Positions 23,306 through 36,152 of a stretch of 64,000 bases of DNA are shown piece by piece. The translations under genes and the position numbers were made by a program. The number at the start of each line of letters is the position of its first letter. Position 1 is the first letter of the stretch. Origin of the DNA: Squalus acanthias (taxonomy: Eukaryota); contig CM059452.1 in assembly GCA_030390025.1 (NCBI GenBank), positions 7,564,001-7,628,000 on the forward strand. The letters run 5' to 3'. The notes under the pieces were generated by a model. That model was not told where the DNA came from. It did no database searches and worked only from the letters and a program-made list of their open reading frames with translations.

Positions 23306-23849
23306 TAAAATCCCTACCCTGAGAACACAGGTTCCTTTTTTGACCCAGAGGATTGTTGGGACATGAAATTTCCAACCAAAAGCAGCGAGGAAGCCGAAAC
23401 CATAATAACATTTAAAATGTAAATAGGTTAATATTTGAAAAAGAAACTCACGTGTATATTGAAACAGGAGAAGAATTGGACTAAATGAACAGTTTTTTCA
23501 GAGAACTGTCACAGGTCCAATGTGATTCTTCTGATTACACGAGCCAGCTGGGCAAAGTAATCGATATATTGATGACCGATTGAGTTTCCCCTGAAGCAGA
23601 AGATGTGAGACTGTCACTAACATTAACTCTAGCAGATCTCGTATGACTGACAGCGAAACTGACATGACAAAGCGTGGCCTTCTATCGCGATATCTCCTGT
23701 CTCCTGCACTATTGCAGGGGTCGCTGTGAAGTTATACAGAAGTAGAGAGCGCGGTCTCATTGAGTCTGGGCAAGTTGCAGCCTCCAATATTCACCGCCAG
23801 CTTCAATACAGAGTGAGACGGAGCCTTGAGTAAACAGTATAAATCAGCC

Positions 23850-24372
23850 ATGGGGGATATTCACCTCTTCCTGCTCGTATTATCCTATGAGTATTACCAA
23901 TCTGGTTTTAATCTTTCTGCTCTATAAACTGCAGTACTTCAATGTCAATGGGGTTGGGAGGAGACTCGTGTGGAGCATAATGACAGGTATTGACCAGTTG
24001 GGACGCACGACTGTTTCTGTGCTGTACATTCTGTGTAATTAGTAAATTGTGTCCAAAGATGCTCCAAATTTTGCCCAGATTTCTCAGCCTGCCTGAGAGT
24101 TCGCAGTGGAAGGAAACCCCGTCAGGATCCAGTGAGGGTTCAGCACGACCGACAGCATCTGTTGGTACAGCCGACTGGTGAGCGAGGCCCCGGGATACAT
24201 CCATTGTGAATTCAAAGGAGAGCGCCACCAAGGCCGGTTTAATATCCACACCGACCGGGATCAAAGTCTGAGCACACTCGGCAGCGGCCAGGCGGAGTTC
24301 GCGGATACCGGAATCTATTACTGTGCCGTGGGCCACAGTGTGAGGGAAAGGACCCGCTCTCCTACAATATCT
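23850..24372 (+). pseudogene. Divergent TCR V pseudogene (degenerate 5' half) with RSS
   Basis: CWYSR...EAPGYI...GRFNI...ADTGIYYCAVG; CACAGTG-23-ACAATATCT at 24334-24372; 5' boundary uncertain. Confidence 0.7.
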
Positions 24373-24514
24373 CCTCTCTGAACAAAGCCTGGGTAGATTG
24401 GGTGACAGTCAAATCGGTTCCGAAAACGAACAGTTTGGGCAAAGGGCGGTGGCACAGTCCGCAATTATATTGTTAAACTTCGTGAGTTATGCCAGAAATG
24501 TTAAACTTTCTTTT

Positions 24515-24755
24515 AACTTCACTCAGAGAGTCCTTTGTACTCCTTGCCCCAGAGGGCTGTGAATGCTGAGTCTTTGAGTATATTCAAGTCTGAGATAGAT
24601 AGACTTTTGGACTCTAGGGGAATCAAGGGATATGGGGATAGTGCAGGAAAGTGCAGTTGAGGCCGATGATCAGCCATGATCTTATTGAATGGCGGAGCAG
24701 GCTCGAGGGGACGTATGGCCCACTCTTGCTCTTATTTCTTATGTTCTTATGTTTT
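24515..24755 (+). mobile_element. CR1 LINE 3' end
   Basis: cccagagggctgtg...gatcttattgaatggcggagcagg...ttcttatgttcttatg tail. Confidence 0.8.
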
Positions 24756-24999
24756 TAACTCTGTTGCATTATGGGTAACGAAATAGTAAATCAGATCTTT
24801 CGGTACTCAGCACATGGTGGGAACCGACCCTCATATTCAGCATTTGGAATAAATGTAGAATTTGCTGGAGCAAAATCTCTTCTACTGCCTATAGCAGAAC
24901 CAGGGCTAGGAAACGGATATATTTAATTCTGTGGAAATGCCGCAACTTATTATGCCATCATAATACGGTAGATGAAAACCTCAATATTGTGCTCAAATA

Positions 25000-25112
25000 G
25001 AAAGAAGTACTTGCCTTTATACAGCGCTTTTCACCACCTCAGGACGTCCCAAACGCTTTACAGCCAACGAAGTAGTTTTGAAGTGTAGTCACTGTTGTAA
25101 TGTCGGAAACGT
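25000..25112 (-). mobile_element. SINE 3' fragment
   Basis: Matches 10603-10720. Confidence 0.7.
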
Positions 25113-25314
25113 GGAATTATTGTGGAACGCGATGCGCGCCTATACAGGTCAGGTTCACAATATTACGGCTGATTGTTTGATTGGCTGGTCTGGCGCCAGT
25201 TCACTGGTTGAACAGAAGAGATGACTACAATTTAACGCTCTTTACTTCTTTCTCTCTTTCTTTCTCTCCTTTATTTCTCCTTTCCTTCCTCTCTTTCTCT
25301 ATTTTATCACTCTT

Positions 25315-26232
25315 TAGGTGGGAAAGCAAGTTGTGAAGAGGTCACAAAGAATCGCCAAAGGCATATAGGCAGGTTAAGTGATTGGGCAAAAAATTTGGCA
25401 GATGGAGTTTAATGTGGGAAAATATGAGGTTATCCACTTTGGTAGGAAAAATAAAAAGCAAATTATTATTTAAATGGAGAGAGATTATAAAATGCTGCAG
25501 TACAGAGGGATCTGGGGGTCCTTGTACATGAAACACAAAAAGTTAGCAGGCAGGTACAGCAAGTAATTAGGAAGACAAATGGAATGATGGCCTTCATTAC
25601 AAGGGGGATGGAGTATAAAAGTAGGGAAGTCTTGCTATAACTGTACAGGGCATTGGTGAGACCACACCTGGAGTACTGCGTACAGTTTTGGTCTCCTTAT
25701 TTAAGAAAGGACAGACTTGCATTGGTGGCAGTTCAGAGAATGTTCACCAGGTTGATTACTGAGATAAAGGGGTTGCCTTATGAAGAAAGGTTGAGCAGGT
25801 TGGGCCTATACTCATTGGAGTTTAGAAGAATGAGTGGTAATCTTATTGAAACATATAAGATACTGAGGGGGCTTGACAAGGTAGATGCAGAGAGGATGTT
25901 TCCCCTCGTGGGGGAATCTAGAACTAGGGGGCATAGTTTCAGAATAAGGGGTCGCCCATTTAAAACGGAGATGAGAAGTAATTTATTCTCTCAGAGGGTC
26001 GTGAATCTTTGGAATTCTCTGCCCCAGAGAGCTGTGGAGGCCGAGCCATTGAATATATTTAAGGTGGAGATAGACAGATGTTTGAACGATAAGGGAGTCA
26101 AGGGTTATGTGGAGCGGGCAGGGAAGTGGAGTTGAGGCCAAGATCAGATCAGCCATGATCTTATTGAATGGCAGAGCAGGCTCGAGGGGCAGAATGGTCT
26201 ACTCCTGTCCTATTTCTTATGTTCTTATGTTC
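25315..26232 (+). mobile_element. CR1 LINE, 5'-truncated
   Basis: VRPHLEYCVQFWSPY...WNSLP RT C-terminus; (ttcttatg)n tail. Confidence 0.9.
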
Positions 26233-26354
26233 TTTATTTCTTTTTTCTCCTCTATTTCTCCCCTTCTTTCTTTCACTGATACACTGTTGGAGGGAGAGTG
26301 TATTGGAATATAATTTTTTGCTATCGTTGAACCTTCCCTTTATTGTATTCCCAG

Positions 26355-26635
26355 GTCTTTTGTGCAAAGCCAGAATATCTCAACCTCCTCGGTTGTTAGG
26401 AACTGCTGGGGAGAATATTGAACTTTGGTGTAATTGCACGATACATGCTGAAGAAAGCGTGCATTGGTACAGACAATTCCCGAAACACGGACCGAAGTAT
26501 ATAATCGCGGGTTTCACTGGTGAGGCTGTAAAAGGGCGTTTCAGGATTTTGGTCAATAGAAAAACGGGGTTCGCCAGCCTCAGTGTGGAAGAGATCGCGG
26601 GTTCGGACGCTGCAGTATATTACTGTTCATTGAAG
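26355..26635 (+). CDS. TRAV/TRDV: Divergent TCR V exon, open frame; leader not identified (LINE lies directly upstream)
   Basis: Acceptor ttcccag; ISQP...ELWCNC...HWYRQ...GRF...SDAAVYYCSLK; RSS CACAGTG-23-ACAGTAACC at 26636-26674. Confidence 0.8.
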
Positions 26636-26850
26636 CACAGTGTTACAAACACTGACTGAACGCGTACAGTAACCCCCCCCCCCCCCCCCCACCCCGCCCC
26701 TCTACTGAGCTCGCGGTTCCATCGCCACCGAAAATTTTATCAACACGTATGTCTATTTTTAGCCATTAATCTGATGCTTTCTCTCGCTGTTTCTTTGTCT
26801 CCCTGTGTTTACATAGAGATATAGACACATATATTCTTAAAGACCGAGAA

Positions 26851-27223
26851 ACGCGTGATCTGTTCATTACTTGGGTAACCGGGAATGGTTTCTTGGGACT
26901 GAGTTCCGGACAATCCGTCGAGCAGTGGCCAACAGAAGCCCAATATCTGGAAGGAACCTCGATGGGCATTGATTGTAATTATTCAACCTCCGAACTACTA
27001 CCTGGAGCTTTATCGTCAGAACCAGAACAAGACTCCCACTCGGATAATTCGAAGACATTCCTTTGGAAAGGACGAAGTTAACGGCCATTTCTCCGTCATT
27101 CTGAACAAGTCGAAAATTTCCTGTTTTCACCCTGACTCAGCTGCAGCTCGCTGACATCGCCGTGTGCTACTGTGCACTGAGGCCCACAGTGAGAAGGGCC
27201 TCGGGACACCTCGTGCAGTAACC
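26851..27223 (+). pseudogene. TCR V pseudogene, probably single-exon leader-V (start ACG), frameshifted
   Basis: QSVEQWP...IDCNYST, then frameshifts, ...ADIAVCYCALR; RSS CACAGTG-23-GCAGTAACC at 27185-27223. Confidence 0.8.
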
Positions 27224-27924
27224 GTGTTCTGTGAGATCAGCTCAAAGGAGATACTTTAAACCTGGTCACCAGGTGGCGCTGACAGAGCGCGGACTCCCAC
27301 CGTCGGTCACCTGACATCAACCAATACTGACTGACACTTCCTCGATACAAATTGATGTGAACTTTCTTTTTATTTAATATTTCTGCTCATTAATGTTATC
27401 CAATCCCAGTTGAATAATTTCACAAGTTAGTTAAGTGTAAATAACATGTGCGCCTGGAGAACGTTTGGATCGTTGGCAGTTTTTTTTCTATTTCCCTCCG
27501 CTATTTCAGCCCCTGGTTTTCAACCACTTCGCTGATGAAGATTTCGGTAACTATTGAATAATATAATAAACCTACAATTCCTGTTACGAGCCTGCTTGCT
27601 CCGAATTTGTAACGAATGTGAAACTAACGCAGCCCTTATAGAGACGCAGAGTTATATAGTTTCCGAAGGGGACATTATTATTGAGTTCAGTTCCTCACAG
27701 GTGGATCCTACGTGTGACAACACCGCCCGCGGCAGCCCTGCCCACAGCTTCCGTTTGCTGTTCTCGCTCTGACCCGCCTTGCCTGCCCTGTGTTATTGGA
27801 GAGATTGCTGCCGCTGTTCCTTGTTTGGCATTGGTTGGATCAGCAGTGCAGTGGGGCGGGGATCTGTATTTCTGCTTCGACAGAGGATTTCCCGGACTGC
27901 AGAGTTACAGACTCAGGGAGCGTC

Positions 27925-28388
27925 ATGTGGAACCGTCTAGCACCGCTCCTCATCATTATATCGCTTCTCAGTAAGTATATTTTTCCGAATATAAATCCAT
28001 TCTCCCCCTGACTGATGTAACCCAGATGTTATTATTTGTAAAATGATGATGATGATGATGATTGCTACGAATCTTTTATGTTAGAATGGAGCCACCAAGA
28101 CACGGTGGAACAGCCGGTTCCAGAAATGATGGTTGAAGAGGAAAGTACTGTCACGCTAAACTGCACCTTGAAAACAAGCAATACTTCCCCTTATGTGTTC
28201 TGGTACAGTCAGTACCCCGGGCAACCTCCACAGTACGTGGTTTATATTATTGCAGGGATAGTAAATTGGAACCCCGGCTTCAGCAACCGATTTAATTCTA
28301 CGTTTAATAAAACTACCAAGACTTCCGAGCTAACGATCGACAAAGCCCTGATCTCCGACGCCGCCGTATATTTCTGTGCCATGAGCCC
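27925..28388 (+). CDS. TRAV/TRDV: TCR alpha/delta V segment, apparently intact (leader 27925-27970; V exon 28085-28388)
   Basis: MWNRLAPLLIIISLL|KWSHQDTVEQ...TLNC...FWYSQ...DAAVYFCAMS; RSS CACACTG-24-ACAAAAACC at 28389-28428. Confidence 0.92.
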
Positions 28389-28760
28389 CACACTGCTGCA
28401 GAGATATAGCGGATCCCGTACAAAAACCCAGACTGAGCGTTCCGGTTAGTGCTCACCAGAGGGCGCTCTCACACCGATATAAAGAATCAAGAATTCAGCC
28501 TCCACAATGAGAGTCACAGGGAGATTCTAAAAAGGGTAAAAACACAACTCTTAACAAGAACTGGTGCTCCACGTGCGGAATTATATTAGTTGTTGATTTC
28601 AACTCGTATTTATAGTAATAATAGAACTGCACAAATCATGTCTGCGGTGCCTCAACACAATTTTTGTGTTTAGATGCCCTTTCAGTGTCTGCCTGCAGTA
28701 TTGTGCAGCCCTTTACACATCTCCCCTGTCAGTTTTCTTGGCCCTTTCATCGTGGCCTGT

Positions 28761-29955
28761 TGATGTAGGCTTCGCAAAATCCCCCAGAAACTCGAACAGA
28801 GCCCTAAAGGGAGTGATTTTTGGACTTTTCATACAAACTTGGGATGATGGGGCCTAAGTGAAGTGATTTGATGTAAAAACCTAAAGATCAGGGAAGAAAA
28901 ACCTGAGGAAACTGATTTTTTTGAATCTTATTGTTGGGAGAGACATTTTTTCACAGACACAAGCTGCGAGGGGCGTGGCCGGTCAGTGAACAGATCAAGC
29001 TGTCTGGGAAATGTTTGAGACAAAGCAAAACTCACAAACACATTCAAATATGGATCCCCAGGGGCAAAGAAGATGCTGAAAATCTAAAAACGATTCAATG
29101 ACAATATAACTTCGATCACACAGTTTCATAGCCATTATCCCATCAAAAAAACCAATCAACCAGGTATCCACAGAACAGATTTAAAAGCCCGCCAACAGAA
29201 GGACAATAGGGTGGAGATTTGGCACGTAGATAAGGCTGTGTTTAAGTCGGAAAACGATTAACACTAAGCAAAAACCATCGGAACTGGCAAGCCCGCCAAA
29301 AACTAGACAATTGGACTAAGCAAGGTTCATTTACAATCAAAAGGGAATTCGTTTTAGTAAGGGGTTTTTGGGCGCGAAAAAAAACCAGTATAATTTGAGA
29401 GCCTGTGCCATAATTTCTCTCTCTTTCGGACTGACTGACGACGCGGACACAGCTCTCTCCCTGCTCCAGCAAAACTTACCACAAGCCATGAGGAAGAAGG
29501 CCAGAAGACCAGCATGCAAGAAGAAACCAGAGCGACTGCCTCAGTGACCATCAGCCACCTCGCAGCAACAAGGGCCTAACGGAGTCCTTTTAAACAAAAG
29601 AGTCTAATATCCTGTCAAGGATTCGTTGGTGAGCATTATCCCTGATCTCCTGAAACCAAAAACCTAGCCAGATAGTGGGATCTTTGGGAGGGATAAGGTT
29701 TTGCTTGATATATTGTCATTTCCCTCGCTTGTACCGTGTGTTCCCCAAATCTGTGTTTAAGTAATAAGTGTGTTTCAAGTTTGTTAACTTTTTCTTTTAA
29801 TAAAGTAAAATTCTTTCATCAGAACCTGTTTACTGCAATTTTGTTCACAACCCCGAAATAAGCCCAAAGTCTAGGAACCGGAGGGGTGTTGGAGCGATTC
29901 GAACCGCTCACTGTGTCAGAAAGCGAAGGCTGACCCCATTAAGATACCCCTTACA
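28761..29955 (+). mobile_element. Candidate solo LTR
   Basis: Begins TG, ends CA, flanked by GCCTGT direct repeats (28755-28760, 29956-29961); AATAAA near 29799; no coding similarity seen. Confidence 0.55.
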
Positions 29956-30423
29956 GCCTGTACACAGGGTTTATTTGATCAGAGTATGTTGCTGGGTCAG
30001 AGACAGTTTATACACAATGAACAGATTTCACAAGGTAGTGATTGTGCTTTAAAACAGGCCCCAAGCACAGAGTTCCCCCAAAGTCCTTCGCCCTTCAGAA
30101 TGTCTCTTTAATGCTGGAATGTTTTCTGTCACCATCAACAATCCCTCACCTTCCGGGTTACAATAACCAGACAAGAGTTTCTCTCCCAGCCACTGACACT
30201 GAAAGTGGAACCATTCCCCTATAAGGACACTGACTGCGGCCCAGCTCGGGGTGTTTCCATTCACGGGCAGCCAGCTCACCACCTACCGGTCTCACAGCAC
30301 CACTGGAGACACAAGGGAGTGAGGTGAGAGCATCCTGAGACACGACAACAGATTATTGAGGACGGGGATTAGAACGGGTGTCTTCAAATATCCAGCCCCC
30401 CTTTTACAGAGCGGACAGCGACA

Positions 30424-30925
30424 ATGCGGCTACTCAGCATCTGGGCTGTGTGGGGGGCATTTCTGACAGGTAATTGTGGAGCAAACACATTTCATCTTTT
30501 CTCTCATTTCTAGCATGGTTTCAATCTGAATTTTGAACACCCGCCGGTCTGATCTTTTCCTGGTTGAACATGTTTTTCAGATCTGAGTCTTGGAGATTCT
30601 GTCACTCATTCGCTGTTCTCAGGATTAAAACAGAAGGAGAAGCGGTGACTTTCAGCTGTACCTATGATACTACACAGAGCGGCTATTATTTATACTGGTA
30701 CCGGCCCCACCCAGACACACAGCCCGAGTTTATATTGAGGAAATACCCGAGCGGTTATGAAGATGAAGCAGAATTTGCTCATACCCGCTTCTCTGAAAAG
30801 CTCCAGATCTCAAGTAAATTCACCAGTTTAACCATCTCGGTGCTGCAGTTGACCGACACTGCAGTTTATTACTGTGCCCTGACACTCACGGTGATGGAAA
30901 CCCGTTGAACCCTCGTACAGAAACT
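30424..30925 (+). pseudogene. TCR V pseudogene (leader 30424-30469; V exon from 30581; 1-nt FR1 deletion)
   Basis: MRLLSIWAVWGAFLT; DSVTH frame differs from TEGEAVTFSC...DTAVYYCALT frame; RSS CACGGTG-23-ACAGAAACT at 30887-30925. Confidence 0.87.
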
Positions 30926-31542
30926 ACCGGCGCTTTACTGATCTGAGGTGAACCGAGTCCCGAGGGGGCAGCGAGAAACATGTGACAATAGCGACCTCTC
31001 GCTGCTATGATGGGAACTTTTAGATTGTCGAGATACTGGATGTAAACACACAGTAAGTGAATCTATGGGGCATTTTCCAGCGCCCATTTATGGGACGATG
31101 TATTGCAGCAATATTGATCACAAATGTCGATAACCATATATGGTCCACTTCAGTTTAAGTCTTGCTGATTCGTTTTCATTTTTACATTTGTCAGGGAAGC
31201 CAGTTGATTGAAGCTCGTTCAAAACAACATGAAACCACAGCGATGCCAAATATTAATTGCCGCGCCACAAAGGATGGAGATTCATCTCATGATTCCCGTC
31301 CATCCAATATACTGTGGGATTATTTAATGTAACTGCAACCATTTTAAACTCTCACTGAGCTGCCGTTATTATCTTTAATTATTAATGCAAGTTGAAATCA
31401 CCAACTAATATAATTTCGGCAGAGGACCTCACCTGGTCTTGTTGAGCCTTGTGTTTTATTGCCCTTTTAAGACGGTTCTTGTGACTCACTGCGGAGGCTG
31501 GATAATTTGTTCTGTTTAGAGGCGTGAGAGCGCCCTCGGGTG

Positions 31543-32285
31543 ATGTTACGGAGTTGTAAATAGGCGGCGTTACTCATGCCGCGGATGTGTTGTCGGAAGC
31601 TCACTTCAGTGTCAAATATGACACCAAGGTTGCGAACAGTGTGGTTCAGCCTCAGGCAGAAGCTAGGGAGAGGGATGGAGTCAGTGGTGAGGGAACGGAG
31701 TTTGTGGCAAATATTTAACTGGAGAACATTTCTGCTCATCCAGAACTGGATGTCGGACAAGCAGTCTGACAATTTAGAGACCATGGAGGGGTCGAGTGAA
31801 GAGGTAGTGAGGTAGAGCTGGATGTCATCCGCGTACATGTGGAAACTACTGCTGTGTTTTCAGATGATGTCGCCAAGGGGCAGTATGTGGATGAGAAATA
31901 GGAGGGGGGCCAAGGATAGATCCTTAGAGGCTACCAGAGTTAACGATGCGGGAGCGAGAAGAGAAGCCATTGTAGGTGAATGCCTGGCTACGATTAGATA
32001 GATAAGAATGGAGCCAGGCGAGTGCAGTCCCACCCAGTTGGATGACGGTGGAGAGGTGTTGGGGAAGGATGGCGTGGTCAACCGTGTCAAAGGCTGCAGA
32101 CAAGTCAAGAAGGACGAAGAGGGATAGTTTACCTTTGTCGCAGTCACAAAGGATGTCACTTGTGACTTTGATGAGAGCTGTTTCGGTACTGTGGCAGAGG
32201 TGGAAACCTGATTGAAGGGATTCAAACATGGAGTTGCGGGAAAGATGGGCACGGATTTGGGAGGCGACAACACGTTCAAGAATAT
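31543..32285 (-). mobile_element. L2-clade LINE RT internal fragment
   Basis: LQSGF...HSTETAL...LLDLSAAFDTVDH and YADDIQLY motifs. Confidence 0.88.
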
Positions 32286-32294
32286 CGCTCCATG

Positions 32295-32612
32295 GAGATA
32301 AAACACGCACTGTGGAGGCTGCCCGAGGTGCTGAATGTACCAGAACACATAAGGGTTATGATCTCTTGTTTTCAAGGTGCAGTTAAGTGTGACAATACTT
32401 TCCTCATCAACCAACATTTCAGGAACCGGCGGTTCCACTGTGTCTTGGTGGATCCATTCTAACATAAAATTATTGTAATAGTCATCATCATGATTTTACC
32501 AATAATACCATCTGGGTTACAGCAGTCAGGGGGAGAATGCATTTTTACTAGGATGGAAAAATTTGCTGAATAGTGATATAATGATGAGGAGCGGTGAGAG
32601 TCGGTACCACAT
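32295..32612 (-). pseudogene. TCR V pseudogene (inverted paralog of 27925), 3' half and RSS replaced by an L2 fragment
   Basis: Leader 32612-32567 with GC donor; DTVEPP...TLNC...FWYIQ then LINE sequence. Confidence 0.85.
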
Positions 32613-32867
32613 GATCCTCCCTGAGTCTGTAACTCTTCATTCTGGGAAATCCTCTGTCGGAGCAGAAATATAGATCACCGCCCAACTGCACTGCTGATCT
32701 AACCAATGTCAAACAGGGAACAGCAACAACAACAAAAACTCCAATAGCACAGGGCAGGCAAAGCGGGTCAGAGCGAGAGCAGCAAATGGAAGCTGTGGGC
32801 GGGGATGCCGCGGGAAATGTTGTCACACTTGGAATCCACCTGTGAGGAACTGAATTCAATAATAAAT

Positions 32868-34012
32868 TAGGGCTCCTGGGATTGGTGGTAATATACTATC
32901 ATGGATTGAGGATTGGTTAACGGACTGAAGGCAGAGAGTAGGAATAAACCGATCATTTTCGGGTTGGCAGGCTGTAGCTAGTGGGGTACTGCAAGGATCT
33001 GTGCTTGGGACGCAGCTATTCACAATTTACATCAATGATTTGGATGAGAGGACCAAATGAAGTATTTCCAAGTTTGCTGATGATACAAAGCTGGGTGGGA
33101 ATGTAAGTTGTGAGGAGGATGCAAGGAGGCTTCAAGGGGGTATAGACAGGCTAAATGAGTGGGTAAGAACATGGCAAATGGAATATAATGTGGAGAAATG
33201 TGAAGTTATCCACTTTTATATGAACAATGGAAAAGAAGATATTTTTTTAAATGGTGAGAGATTGGGAAATGTTGGTGTTCAGAGGGACCTGGGTGTCCTT
33301 GTACACGAATCACTGAAAGTAAACATGCAGGTACAGCAAGCAATTAGGAAAGGAAATGGTATGTTGGCCTTTGTTACAAGAGGATTTGAGTATAAGAGTA
33401 AAGACGTCCTACTGCAATTATATCGGGCCCTGGTGAGACCACACCTGGAGTATTGTGTACAGTTTTGGCTGCCTTACCTAAGGAAGGATATACTTGCCAT
33501 AGAGGGAGTGCAACGAAGGTTCACCAGACTGATTCCCGGGATGGGGAGATTGTCGTCTGAGGAGAGACTGAGTAGACTAGGCCTATATTCTCTATAATTT
33601 AGAGGAATGAGAGGTGATCTCATTGAAACCTACAACATTCTTACAGTACTTGACAGGATAGATGCAGGCAGGATGTTTCCCCTGGCTGGGGATTCTAGCA
33701 CCAGGGGTCACAGTCTCAGAATAAGGGGTCGGCAATTTAGGACTGAGATGAGGCGAAATGTCTTCACTCAGAGGCTGGAGAATCTTTGGAATTCTCTACC
33801 CCAGAGGGCCGTCGAGGCTCAGTCGTTGATTATATTCAAGACAGAGATCGATAGATTTTTGAATATTAAGGGAATCAATGGATTTGAGGGCAGTGCAGGA
33901 AAGTGGAGATGAGGTAGAAGATCAGCCTTGATCTTATTGAATGGCGGAGCAGGCTCGAAGGGCCAAATGCCCGACTCTTGCTCCTATTTCTTAAGTTCTT
34001 ATGTTCTTATGT
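32868..34012 (+). mobile_element. CR1 LINE, 5'-truncated
   Basis: FADD region, VRPHLEYCVQFW, WNSLP, ttcttatg tail; internal stops. Confidence 0.9.
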
Positions 34013-34459
34013 CCCCTTCGGAAATTATAGAACTCTGTATCTCTATAAGGGCTGCGCTACTTTCACATTCATTAAAATTCGGGGCAAGCAGGCTCACCAC
34101 AGGGATAGCAGAATTATTATATTAATCAATTGTTACCGAATTCTTCATCAGTGAAGTAGGTTAAAACCAGGAGCTGAAGCTAGCGGTGGGAAATAGAAGA
34201 AAACGGCAACCGATCCGAATGTTCTGAAGCGCACAGCTCATTAATACTTAACTAACTTGTGATATTATTAAACTGTAAGGGTTTGTCTAACATTAATGAG
34301 CAGAAATATGAGAGAAAGATAAATGTCACCTTAATTTATGCTGAAAAAGTGTCAGTCAGTATTGGTTGAAGTAAAGTGACCGGCGGTGACCGGCGGCTCT
34401 GTCAGCGCCACCTGGTGGGCGGGTTTAAAGTATCTCCTTTGAGCTGATCTCACAGAACA

Positions 34460-34498
34460 CGGTTACTGTATGAGGTGTCCCGAGGCCCTCCTCACTGA
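34460..34498 (-). other. Orphan RSS-like sequence (inverted copy of 27185-27223), no V exon visible before the microsatellite/gap
   Basis: Minus strand CTCAGTG-23-ACAGTAACC with flanks matching 27192-27300. Confidence 0.7.
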
Positions 34499-34509
34499 GG
34501 AGGCAAAGT

Positions 34510-34925
34510 AAAAGAGAGATAAAGCAATAGATTAATGACTATATAAAGATAGATAGAAAGTTGCATAAACAGAGATAGCGAAACAGAGAGAGAAGGACAG
34601 AGAGCCAGAGACAGAGAGACAGACAGAATGAAGGAGAGAGAGCGAGAGAGAGAGACCGAAAGAGAGAGAGAGCGAGCGAGAGACAGATAGAGAGAGAGAC
34701 AGGGAGANNNNNNNNNNNNNNNNNNNNNNNNNNNNNNNNNNNNNNNNNNNNNNNNNNNNNNNNNNNNNNNNNNNNNNNNNNNNNNNNNNNNNNNNNNNNN
34801 NNNNNNNNNNNNNNNNNNNNNNNNNNNNNNNNNNNNTGAGAGACAGATAGACAGACAACTAGACTGATCTAGAGATCGATGAATGGAAGACAGTTGTATC
34901 AATCGTGGAATGGACAGACAGACAC
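34510..34925. repeat. GA/GACA-rich microsatellite spanning assembly gap 34708-34835
   Basis: Direct inspection. Confidence 0.9.
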
Positions 34926-36152
34926 AAATGTATAAATAAATAAACCAACCAAATAACAAACGTTGTTAGACCCCAAAGAACGAAAACCCCAAACTCCATA
35001 ATGGCCGCAGTCTCCCCACACTGGGATCCCGCACTTCACCCGATGCCTCCTCTCAGTTGCAGCTTTCGGACTGAAGGGGAGAATTTGAAGTGTTTCTGTC
35101 AGCACACGGAGTCCCCGTCATTTCCTGAATCAAACCAAGAGCCTGGTTTCAATGAGCTGCCGGTGATCATTGTCGCTGTCTGTGTTCATCATCACTGCCC
35201 GCGGCCCCGGCACACAGGCTCCGTGTGCTGTTCTGCTTTGTCCCGGACATCTGATCATCCGATCCCGGGAATGGGTGAGGATTCTGTCTGACCGTTATCG
35301 GCCTCACCCACAATACCTGGACACATCCCGGAACTGCTCGGAAGTTCGATTGACGTTTATTCTTCAAAAGGACTCTCATTTTAACCTTGATTAGAAATCG
35401 ATGCTCACGCTTAATGAGGAATTGGTTTTAGGGTTTTCTTGTTGACGAAAAATGTTTCATTTGATAGAACTCGAACTTTTAACACGATGTTGTGGCAATA
35501 TCACGAACTCAGAATATTCCGTTAAGGACCGTTTACTCTCCAAAGTTTTAGTCTGTGTGTGTGTGTGTTTATCTCTCTGTGCTTGTTTCTGTGTATCTGT
35601 GTAGCCAATGCTCTATGTCAGGCGTGTGGTGACCACAGCCCTAATAAGTTGTTAAAGCTCTTTCATCTTAAACAACTCAGCTGAATATACACCAATAAAC
35701 TCCATAATATATCAACCATTGTGTGTATCTGGCTCACCATCACCTTCTCAATGGTAATTAGGGATGGGCAATAAATGCTGGCGTTGCCAGCGACGTCCAC
35801 ATCCCATGAATGAATTAAAAAATGCCTGTATGTATTATTATGTGTGTATATGCCTCTGTGCGTGCAAATGCCTGTGGGTATATGACTGTGTGTGCATTGT
35901 TGTGTGTATAAACCTGTGTGTATATTTCTATGTGTGTGTATGTCTGTGTGTATTTATGTTTATATGTAAGTGTGTGTGTTTCCAATGTACTCGTACTCGT
36001 ACATGCTCGTACTGTCCACCGGAGGGCGCTCTCTCATCACTTGAAAAAGATAATAATTCCCATCTGCAGGAAGTGGCTACTTAGAGAAATACGAATGGGC
36101 GGGGAAAAGAAATTCCAGTCGATCTGATCAGATCCCCGCGTTGTTTCAGTTT

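Noticed and set aside
31860-32465. 201-aa ORF as a novel V-fusion protein
   Set aside because: Truncated V read into an off-frame L2 fragment; leader donor is GC and there is no RSS
35140-35395. Weak V-like ORF (WVR motif)
   Set aside because: No second Cys motif and no RSS
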